Positions 43,873 to 54,902 of a stretch of DNA of 64,000 bases are shown in pieces. Below the pieces are notes generated by a model. That model saw only the letters and a program-made list of their open reading frames with translations. It did not search any database and was not told where the DNA came from. Each line of letters begins with the position of its first letter. Position 1 is the first letter of the stretch. This stretch comes from Ptychomitrium polyphyllum (taxonomy: Eukaryota). Made by a program: the position numbers and the translations under genes. The DNA is taken from contig OZ316776.1 in the NCBI GenBank assembly GCA_973851085.1, forward strand, positions 15,686,001 through 15,750,000, read 5' to 3'.

Positions 43873-45750
43873 TTTCTATATCAATGAGGATCGTTTGTGG
43901 AAGCAAAGTCTGTCTACTGCTGTTGAGCTATACTCATGCAGATAAATCACAATCCAGTCATGACGTATTCCTGTTATGTAAACAGAACTTTGTCTTGGGG
44001 TTGCTCGTCCTTAATATTCTGGCTCAGTGACCATTCTTTGTAACAAAACTTTTAACTTGACGGAGGATTCCAGACATCACGTCCTAAAATGAGATTCTGC
44101 AACACTTATCTTACTGAGAGAAGGTAACTACAATTTGAGATTTGCTCTATCTACTGCCGTTACAATTCTATTTTTCTAGCGCAAGCTGTAATCCACCCCT
44201 GCTCTAGATCGAGAAAATCCCGAATTCCTAGGTACTCTGCTCTAATGATAATTTCAAATGGATTTGAGTTAACTTTCTTGTGGAATTGGTACTATACTTA
44301 GAAATGTGAACGACCTGTTATGGCGAAAGGGTTGTGGACAGGGTTCGGCTCGTCAGGGTGTGTTGAAAATGATGAAGTCCTGGTTGAATTGTTTGTAACT
44401 TGACACTCAGCTATAGAAGAATAATTTGATTTGTTCAAAAGATAAGAGGTAATAAATGCAGAAAGATCCTCGTCTGGAAGATGTCGTCCTCTTTTCTGCA
44501 GTCACTTCATTTCCTGTCATATTTTGGCAACATCCTTTGCACAAACCATTTTATTTTAAACTTTTTTGGAACAAATTGAACAGATCCAATTGCAGGGTGA
44601 TAGGTTACAAACCACCTCAGCCGTTGCCAGCTCGGGAGGGAAAAGAATGACATAACCGGAGACCAAGACATGAGAGATAGATCAAAGACTACAATACACT
44701 CAAAGAGGAACTCGAGTTCGCCAAAGGCCAACTCGACGCTAGCGATTTGCACAAACTCCTCATTCCAAGGGTACATCGTAGGCGCACTGCCTGTTCTTAT
44801 TACAAATGGAATGAACATGAATGATTTCTCTGTAACTTACACACGTCCATGAGCTCCGACTTCCCTTTCGTCGTTTCGGGCTTTCTTTCCTGTCAGTGAA
44901 ATCAAAGAGTGCTTTAGAGTGCGCAATCGCAGAGAGACAGGAGGAACGGTCTCTCCATCCACGGCGGTCTCCTTGGAAACCGGACTTATTCTTCGTCGGA
45001 GAAAGACAAAAGCACCCCAGAACAGTACAGTATGTGACTTCAGAATAGAATCCTTATGATCAGAAAGACCAAGTCTCGGATCTTCCCTGCAGCTCTTATT
45101 AGCCTGCAATCTAGTAACAATGGTTCCAATTGGCGCATGTGGCAGGAGAAAACCTACTGTCACTGCCATAATACCATTTGGCCAATATGAATTCACATAC
45201 AGCATACCTCTTGTACATATATATACACATACTGTACATCACACTCCTATGCATACACTACACTTCACTTCCGAAATTGTAGCATGTACAAACCTTTTGA
45301 CCAAGTTATGATTCAAGCAAGAAACTTGCCCGAATCAACTCTTGACTCGAAAGGGGTCACTTACCATAACTCTCCATTGTATTGTGCAACTCGTTGGCCA
45401 AGTAATCATTACAGACGATAATCACGCTAATCTCGCAATTATGTTGGCAGTGATCACCAGATTAGTCCCTAGCAGATTGTGATTAGCGAAGTTGCCGAGG
45501 AAAAAGAAGATGATTTCCAGATGCGGCAGATTCAGGAATCATGGTGACGACCTCATGACCCTTGATTCTAAGAGTTCGGGATGGTGGTTTAAACGGTTCG
45601 AGGTTTGTGTGGGAGTGACTTTTCTGGAGGAACGAGAGGGGAGAGTCGGTAGCGATGTCGACGGGGGAGAGAGCGTCATGTGGGAGGTGAGTATGGGATG
45701 TGGAGGAAGTGAAGGTTTAGGGTTTGGGGAGACGGGGTTGAGCTCCGTGT

Positions 45751-48700
45751 ATGGCGACGGAGGTGGGGCAGAGGGTACAGTATGAGGTCGGATCGCGAGG
45801 TGGCTTAGTAGAGATGGCGGAGGATGCGATAGATGTGCGCGGGATTGCAATGGAAGCAGCGGACGAGGTGGCGAGCGCGAGTGGGCTTGAGGATCGGGAG
45901 GGGTTGGTAATCATGAGCCTGGACATGGAGGGCGAGAGCATGGCGCCCATGAATGGCGACGCGGAGGGCAGGGGGGTAGGAGCGGTGGCGCTGCTGAAGC
46001 AGGGGATAGGGGGAGAAGTTGGGGAGGTGGGGTTGATGGACGAGGAGGCGATGGGGGTGGACGACGATGCTCCGAGTACGCCCTCGGGGCCCGGGGTGGA
46101 GAGGAAGGAGCGGGTGTACAAGAAAGGGCCGTGGAGCGTGCCGGAGATGCTGGCCTTGCAAAGCGCAAAGCGGGAGGATGTGGTGAGGGCAGGGAAAGGC
46201 GCACCCCGAGAGAAGCACCGGACCGCGCAGGAGAAGTGGCAATCCATCGAAGATTACTGCTGGCTGCACTTCGTGCAGCGGAGCGCGCAGCAGTGCCAGG
46301 ATAAGTGGGAGTCCATGAGCGCGGAGTTCAAGAAGGTGAAGGACTTCGAATGTGGCACTCTGCATGGCCAGAAATCGTACTGGCTCATGACCATCGACGA
46401 GCGCAAGTCCGTCCGCGTGCCTCCCAATTTCCAGAAGGAGGTTTACACTGCGCTGTGGGAGTGGTATGATAAGAATCGCATCATCGAACCAGGTAAACTT
46501 ACATATCAACATCTCATCAAAAACCTCAAATTATCGATTTGATATTCTACTTTCTTTTGTTACGTTTTGTCGTCTGTTTGCAAGAGTATCAGTTTCGTAG
46601 TACAGGCAGAGGGGGCATTGACATTGATATGGTCATTGATTGTACCAGCGCGTGTGCCAATTGTTCGTCCTTGCATGTGGATTTTGTCACATCCAATTTT
46701 AAGTATGTATCAGGTACAGGGACTGTTTTGACCAGCATCTCAAAGATTGAAGATTTGAAGGTACACTCGCCGATTGCTGGGGGGTCTTCCTCACCGTCAG
46801 GGGTTTTGTTACAAAGTAGGAAGAGGCCAGTGGACCGTGGTGTTAGTCGGGTTCCTCGGAAAATGTCTCGAGTTGAAGGCGTCTCATTACCGACAAACCT
46901 GGATCCTCGGCTCATGACGATAGGTGTGTGCTTGTTGTCTAGCAGCATGATATATTCACCTGTTTTGTCGTAAATTGCTTATCATATGAGTCTAGGGCTC
47001 CTTCTGATGGGGTCTACTTTGTGCATTGCAATAATGGAAGCAGGGTTATGAATTTTACATGAAGTTGGATTCTGTTCTGATGTAGGAGTGCAGTCGGAAG
47101 GAAGTTACACGTACGTTGACTTATTTGCACTTCCTTTTTGCTGGATACAGACTATTTGGAAGAGTTTACAGATATCAATTTAGAGAGCCCTATTTTACTC
47201 CTAGAGGCTTCTGTGTAGTATCAAAGCCTGGGCTAACGGGACATATACGTGTTTTCTGGATGTGCGCTCCAAGACAGCCGAAAGAGAAGCTTATTCCATT
47301 TTTGAGTTGGGCGATTTTATACTAAGAGAAGGTGCAACTCTGAGAGGGGCCAAATTAGCATACAAGACATGGGGTACGATGAACGAGGATCGGAGCAATG
47401 CGATTGTATACCCATCTTGGTTTTCAGGCAGACATTGGGAGAATGACTGGCTCATTGGGCCTGGCATGGGTCTAGATCCCTGCAAGTATTTTATTATCGT
47501 TCCTAACATGTTGGGGAATGGTCTGTCTACTTCTCCAAGCAATTGTCCGCCTCCTTACAACAAGGCCCGATTTCCCAAGGTTGTTCCTCTGTTGAGAAGG
47601 AGAAATTTGTGACTCCCTGAAACTTACAATATTTCTGGTCTGAATTTTAACAGAATGCAATTGTGTTCGCTATATTTGGAAAGTGTTATTAGTTCTAACG
47701 TTCTTTATTATGCGACTGGAAATGCAGATTAGGGTGGAGGACAATGTCAGAGCACAATACAAATTGGTGACTGAGAAGTTTGGAATCCGGAGGCTGAAAT
47801 TGGTGATTGGGTGGTCGATGGGTGCTGGTCAAGCCTTTCAGTGGGCTACTAGTTTTCCTGATATGGTTGAACGTATTCTTCCTTTTTGTGGCTCAGCACG
47901 CACAAGCCCACACAATATTGTAAACAGAGCTAAACTTGAACGTCGTTTACCAAATTATTTGTCTGCTGTAAAGATTCCATACAGTGGAAATTTAAGATCT
48001 GGAATTCAGGATGTTGTACAGGATATTTGTTGGTGTTTTGTGCCAAGTTTTGTCTGATTTTCTCAAGTTTTACAGTTTGAAAGAAGAAGCTTGATGTATG
48101 GGTTTGTTTGAATCAAATTAAGTAACTTGCTAATTAATAAATAATGCTGCAATTCTGTATATCTATACTTGTTAATTGTTTGAAATTTCTCTGCAGGTCT
48201 TCCTTGAAGGTGTGAAGGGAGCTCTTACAATTGACAGCTCATATCAGGATGGCTGGTATGAAAAGATTCCAGCTAAAGGGCTTCGTGCAGCTGCGCGAGT
48301 TTATGCAGGCTGGGGATTCTCGCAAACCTTTTACTGGAATGAGGTGCGTATTCTGAAGAGTCTGATCTGATTGAGGTATATGTGAAGTCTGCCAGCTATA
48401 AGATACATGGACTCGCTTGAGTTCTCAAGTAAACATTTCCTTTTAGAAGATATTAATGCACGTATCGTTGTTTCCTTCTAGCTTTATATCCGGAATGTCA
48501 ACAAATTTCTTGCCCTTCTGGATACAATTTTAAGATTATTTCTACCGAGGTTAGGTTGCAAGGCGTGATATGCACATTGTATGAATAAATTGACATGTGT
48601 ATAAATAATGTGGTGATAAGTATGACTGATCTCACAAGTTTGTTTTGTTAAAGTTGAGTGTTAACATGAAATCATTCAATGCCTTTGGAGAATTATGGTA

Positions 48701-49152
48701 TTAAAATTCCGTTTTTAACATTTTGAACCGACAGTTACCAGCGTTTTGAGGCCGGTGTTGGGTTTTGGGTGCAGGTGTGGCGGGAGATGGGTTACTCAAG
48801 TTTGGAGGATTTCATGGTAGGATATTGGGAGGGTTTTTTCTTGGACCGAAGAGATCCAAACAATCTGCTGACCATGTTGTGGACTTGGCAAAATGGCAAT
48901 ATTGGTCTGACTCCAGGGTTTGAGGGAAGCGTGGAAAAAGCTTTGGCCTCTATTCGAGCCAAGGCAATTGTCATGCCAGCTCAGCAGGATCTCTATTTTC
49001 CCGTCTCTGATGAAGAATATGAGGTTAAGTTCATGCAAAATGCGGAACTTCGAGTTATACCTGGTGTATGGGGTCACTTTGCTGGTGCTGGCCTGAATGC
49101 GGTTGATACAAAGTTTATTGACAGCGCAGTTCGAGATCTCTTGTCAATGTAA
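45751..49152 (+). CDS. Predicted chimeric protein: trihelix (Myb/SANT-like) DNA-binding domain fused to a MetX/homoserine O-acetyltransferase-like alpha/beta hydrolase
   Basis: Exons 45751-46492, 46714-46923, 47086-47110, 47219-47579, 47728-47919, 48198-48343, 48775-49152 join in frame through GT-AG introns. N-part: WSVPEMLAL..KWQSIEDYCW..RSAQQCQDKWESMSAEFKKVKDFE..SYW.M...ERK..P.NF. C-part: LAYKTWG, LDPCKYFII.NMLGNGLSTSPSN, GWSMG, QDLYFP, WGHFAG. Both domains are high confidence; the fusion is inferred. Confidence 0.75.
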
Positions 49153-49760
49153 CATTCTTATTACTTTTTAGTGTGTAAAAATGATACTGACCTTTTCTTT
49201 TAAGTGGAAGGTCCTCATGGACGTTTCCGTAAGTCTCCAGATCCTCTGTATTTGAGGTGATTATCTTGGGTCTGGAATTTGAACGTCGGAACTAGTAACC
49301 AATTTTCCAAATGCCACAAGTGGCACAATAATCCAATTTTTTCAATGTTACATGATGTTGTACTGTACTGTTCATCAACACAAAGACTCTCATTTAGGAG
49401 GTTCTTGACCACTGGGTTGAGTGCCATGTGCACATTGAAAAGGGGCATCTTTAGTGTCATTGATTACAATGGTAAAAAACAACCATAGAAGTACCATTAA
49501 TCCCACGACACACCTGCATTTCAGCAAGCTCCCAAACTAATTTAATCCTATGCAATTCCCAATAATCATTTATTTGCTACTTTGCCAGTAATTTTGCGTC
49601 CCCAGGAAGAACGTGTCAATTTCAAATGAATGTTGCAAAGAATAAACAATCTGATGAAGACTTCAACAAAAACAGATGAGTAGAAGTGGGTTGAAAAGAA
49701 CCCAAGCCCTTCTCATTTCCGTAAAAGGGTAAACTTGTTCCCTGTGACCTCGAGGAATCA

Positions 49761-51684
49761 CTATGAAAAATTATAAGCGCACTCCGGTGGAAACCCATTT
49801 GGAAACCGAATGTAATCCTTGCAATAATGGTAGATCACGTACTTGTCGGTGTGAGCCTGCAGCTGAGCCACTTGGTCAAGTGCAAGCTCCTTCTGCTCGT
49901 TGAACCAGTAACCTGAACTACAATGGGAGATGTTTGGATTCGTGCAGGCAGATGATGGGTCTGTCATAGGATATGTGTCACACGCTTGGCACCCATCCAC
50001 GCCATTGAAGCCCTCGTACTGAAGTATAAACGGAGCATCTGATATGTTGAGCTTCACCTTGCCACCTTGTGTGGCCCAGTCACTGCCGTTCCACAGACTG
50101 GCTTGCACTGCCATGGGTCTGAAGGTCGGGTATGGCACGTCTGACCTGTTGTGGTAGACACGGATGACCTGGTCGTCTACGTACCATCTGCATACTCAAA
50201 ACCAAAATCAGACACAAATTCGGTGTCTGTGTAGCTTAGACAACATCAATTCAAATACTTGTGAAGATGAAAGTAACTAATTGCACGTGTTGCATGATAG
50301 TTGTTGCAATATTGGACTTACACGATGAGGTTCTCGTTCCAGAGAAGCGAGTACTTGTGGAAAGTTGCAGTGGGATCAAACGGCAGGTAATGCCGGATCT
50401 CCCTGTTCCCACGTCCATTCAGATACACGTTGGTTTGGAGAGTGATGGGTTGTCCGGAAACGTTACCGAGAAACTCAAAATCACACTCGTCATGAGTGTC
50501 CTCGGTTTTGTTGCTCTTCTCTGGAGATGAAAACTGCTCCCAATACCACACCAATGTCAGGAGCCTTGATGATCCATGCTTGAGAGACTGGAACCTAGAT
50601 AGTAACCACAAACAGAACTTAATTGTTCAATATTTGGAGTACTTACATAGTAGGTCATGATGGTTCCAGCTGAATCATTGGGAATCAGTTTCATGTAGAT
50701 GCTGAAGTAGCCATAGATGAATCGATACTTGGATAGAAAATGACCAACTGGAGCACGCAATCGCAGCTTCACAATCAATCAGTACCACTAGCATAAAACA
50801 GGATTCCAAAGAATATGATGAATCCCTCAGCTTAATCTCAATACAAATCAAACCAAGAAACTGGAAAAAGGTTATAGAAATTTGGTCACTCGTATATAGT
50901 GAGAGCAAGCTGTAGACCGTAACATTCATCGGGATAACTTGAGTGAAATATTAGCGTGCGAGCAGTGACGAAGAGATGAGGAGCGAGGCTTACAGATTTG
51001 CTGTGGGGATGTGATTTTCATGTCGACGTGCATATGGTCGCTGCTGAGGACGAGACCACCAGGGGGGTCTATGGGCGTGTAGAGATTCATGTAGTGCGTG
51101 TCCCATGGCTCCGGGGGTGCAGGAGAGGGTGGTACTGGCAATTGCGGAGGTGGAGGTGGAGATGACGATGGAGGGGGCGGTGATGAGAATGCTGGGGGAG
51201 GTGGAGGTGGAGGTGGAGATGCTGGGGACGGAGGGGGATGTGATGAGAGTGGTGGTGGTGGAGGTGGAGTTGCTGGAGGCGAAGAGGGAGGGGAAGATGC
51301 TAGGGGCGGAGGAGGAGGTGATGAGACTGGTGGTGGTGGCGATGGAGATGGAGATGCTGGAGGGGGACGATTGATAATTGGAGGTGGTGGTGAAGACAAC
51401 GGAGGGAAGAAGGGAGGTGACGCGAGTTTTGGAGGAGCTGGAGGAGGAAACTTGCTCTTGGACCGACGAGATGTGGGCTTGAGTTGAGAGGAACGAGATA
51501 GCTTCTTCACACCATGGTGATTTTCTTTGGAGTATAAATCACTTTGCAGCTCAAACTCGTATTCTTCCAGAGCATCGCTGACAACCGAAAGAGTTAAGAT
51601 AGCAAACACCAATATGATGAAGAGCTTCATCATGGGACGAGTCTCTGCCTTCGCCATGATATGCACCCTGGCCTTCTGTCGCAT
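49761..51684 (-). CDS. XTH: Xyloglucan endotransglucosylase/hydrolase (GH16) with a signal peptide and a Ser-Pro(n)-rich N-terminal domain, 4 exons
   Basis: [101 protein letters not shown]. The exact start Met is uncertain among several. Confidence 0.93.
51120..51450 (-). repeat. Pro-codon-rich coding low-complexity region (extensin-like SPn)
   Basis: GGA/GGT-rich plus strand, translating on the minus strand as SPPPP/SPPPPP blocks. Confidence 0.9.
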
Positions 51685-54600
51685 ATTCTCAAATATCCAA
51701 CTGCCGACTAGCTAGCTTTGCATTGGACCCTTGACAGCGTCTCCTCCAGCTCAGGTTCTTCTTATCCAGGCCTGCAAAATATTCCAGGTACGATCTGTAA
51801 CTGCGTTGCAAGAAAGCACATTGTACAACGAAAACGAATTTCCCATTTTTCGGATCTGCATTAAGCCATCAATCGAATTAAGAGGCGACCTCTGTTCAGG
51901 GACAGTAACAACTTCGAAAAATAATAGGAGATATTAAACTTTTTTTCCATCCTGTCGTCGATCTATTTTTCCGTACAGTATTATCACCTACAGTATTGTC
52001 ACCGCAGTGAAGTTTTTTATTGTTAAACAACTAAACGATGAAAATAGACGTACGTATAATGATAATGACAATCAGGTCATAGACGTACGTATTATAGCAT
52101 CGCATTATGTACATTACTCATGAATGCGCCGCAGGGAGAGTTGACACATCTTTTGAACACCTTACAACATCCATTAACATTCGATCCTGCATTGTTGATC
52201 ACGTGGACAAGTTTCACAGTGAGGAACACGGTTGCTTGAGAATTCATTCACAGAATTGGCATGTTTCGAAAGAAATCTCAGCTCCCTGAATATCCTCTTC
52301 ACTAATACATCAAGCCAGACATTCAAAGTTTTCAAAACGTTAAAATTTCGGAGGCAGAAGAAAAACACTAGGTATGTACTATGAAGTTTCTTCGATTTCA
52401 TAGGGACCTGTAACGTCTCGCGTTTCATGGGTTAATTGTTGTAACAAACAATTTCTACGCTCGCTGACTGAAATCAGGATCCAGGTTAATTTGAAGCTGA
52501 CTGTTTAAGTTCGTTCCAACGAAATCGACCTTCATATGGACTTCAAAGCCAGATCATCCATCAAAAGAACATGAATTCCCAAATATCCGAGAGACGAACT
52601 CCGTCACATTGAGACTTACTAAGTAATATGAATACCAGTTTGGTACTTAGCTACTTTGAATCCAGTTCATCAACTTAACATGCATCCCGCTTTTAGTCCT
52701 TCCAAAAAGGTCCCAGGACTATTCAGCCACTCAATAAGCAACAGAGACCAATGTACCCCCTGAAATGATTACCAGCAATGGTCGAGAAGCAGCAGGTGAT
52801 ATGCCATAAACTCTCTTCTTATAGGCCTGCTACATGAAACTCAAATTTCTAGCTAGAAATTAGGAGGACTTCAAGTTTGTCCTGTAAGCCTTGTCGCTAC
52901 GGCGACGACCATCATCTCCTAGATTTCAACGTCATTCCTGTGATCCTCATAGCTTCACGTGAACTCAACGCAACAGGTGATCAACTCATCATTCTAGTGC
53001 CGCAGCCTGGCTTCATCCTGCACTAATAACTCTATACTAGCGACGTCTGGCCAGATATATTGTGTGATTGGAGCTGGGCCCCGAGCTGGGCGGCCACTTG
53101 AATACAAAGGAACAGTCTTGGCCCGGCTTGCTTCTAATGCATCTCTCGTGTGCACTAATCGATCATTCTGAAACTTTTGAAGTGGATCTTCTAGTGGTAG
53201 CACTAGTGTAGCACATTCAGATTTTTGAGGCGGTACTTCTGAAGTACTTTCAATGGACAACAGGTCGAGTTCATTTTTGGACCCCTGATTTCAGGAGATA
53301 GAATTTATATCCGACATATCAGAGATGTATTTAACTAGTTTATTTCTCATTGAACAGAAAGAACGGCATGCCACTATTGGCGAATATTTTGCCAAATTCT
53401 ATACTAATTCATGTGCATGTGTATATTATACTGTATAATACCGACCTGCCTATAGGCACTCTTTATCAAAACTTGTTTCTTAGAAAATTTTCCAACGGAG
53501 TAAAAAGTTGGCCGAGGTTGGTGTCAGAGGACCGAGATGAACTATTTCTAATTGTGATTATACAACGCGAAGAGAACATGTTCCGTAGCAGGAGGATTAT
53601 GGTGAAAAGTGCCAAAAAATCATGTTGCAGAATCATATTGTACTGCGCATATGTGTGTACAGATTCGTGTGCCGAAAGAAAATCAGATCTTCCGGAAAGA
53701 AAGATCGACTACTATATAACATACGTACAGGATGGTATTTAGCCGTATTCCTGATCAGCTCTTCGAGACCAATAGGGTACAGATACAGCACGATACAGTA
53801 TAACTTCACGATGCATTTCATAATTCTAACAGAAGAGTTTACTTCAGTGAAGGTTCAAATCTAAAGCTATTTTCTACTGAAATTTTGCTGACGAAATCTC
53901 ATATGCAAAATAGAAACCCCTGTTCAAGCCACTGATATAGGAACGCTGTTAGTGGACACCTAATTATATAAGTTCATAGTTAGTTGCACGAAGGAATAAT
54001 GCTGGCAACATGAGCTCTAATACGGCTTACGAAAATTCAGTGACACGCGTGCCGACATGCCAGACCCAATACGTACAAAACATGGTTTTGGCTGCATTTG
54101 AAGAAATGGCTCACCAAATATGCGGGCAAGCGTGACTTCCGTCATCTACCTCCACAGAGCACCATCCACGTCCCTTGGTAGAAATTCGCACCAGTTCTTA
54201 CAAAGCTACGCCTACCTCTTAGAACAGTAGTACTCAAATGCAGTGTATCATTTTGAAATCTTTATACATGAAGTAAGAGAAGGAAAAACAGTTTTACCAA
54301 CCGTTGTCAGAGAAGACAATTGGCGATCAAAAACTACAGTGAAGGTAAAAAGCAACATGCAACGAGGCCAGCTACTGTAGCATGCCATGTCCCATATCTG
54401 TACGCTCTAAGTTACAAAGTCAACCATTGCCAATTTGCTCAACAAGAGCTTGCTGATATCTCCAGCTTACTCAACGGTACGAAGCTAGACGTGCTATACG
54501 GTACATCGAAATAGTGAAATTACCATTATAAAAGGGTACTCTGGTATATCTGAGGTACAGAAAAAATTTCCATATTAGTAGCCATGATCATACAAAAAAC

Positions 54601-54902
54601 GTCTGATACAAAACATTACTAGTATTTACTTTCAGTTTCACACAACGAAGATTAAGTGGAAAACATTAAATTCAAACGTGATGTCAGGGCTAGGTTGTGA
54701 GTTTGACTGCAGGGCCCTGTATTGTAATTTGTAAAATCAAAACTCACCCACTTCATAAGTACAGCTAGAGCATTCCCGTGCTGAACTCTTGCGATGATAG
54801 CGAACAAAGCCTGCTGCTGACCAATGAACAACCCTGCGTGCGTACGTCCCATCATATTCTGTGGCTAATAGGGAACTCTGCAACTAAGGTTGAGCCTAAC
54901 TA

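Noticed and set aside
44837..45205. 122-aa minus ORF with a cadherin-like phrase (APIGTIVTRLQA)
   Set aside because: No other cadherin motifs and no clear exon structure; likely chance.
45539..46512. Long minus-strand ORFs (103-235 aa)
   Set aside because: Antisense shadows of the GC-rich trihelix exon and its leader.
51098..51487. Gly-rich plus-strand ORFs
   Set aside because: Antisense shadow of the Pro-rich XTH exon.
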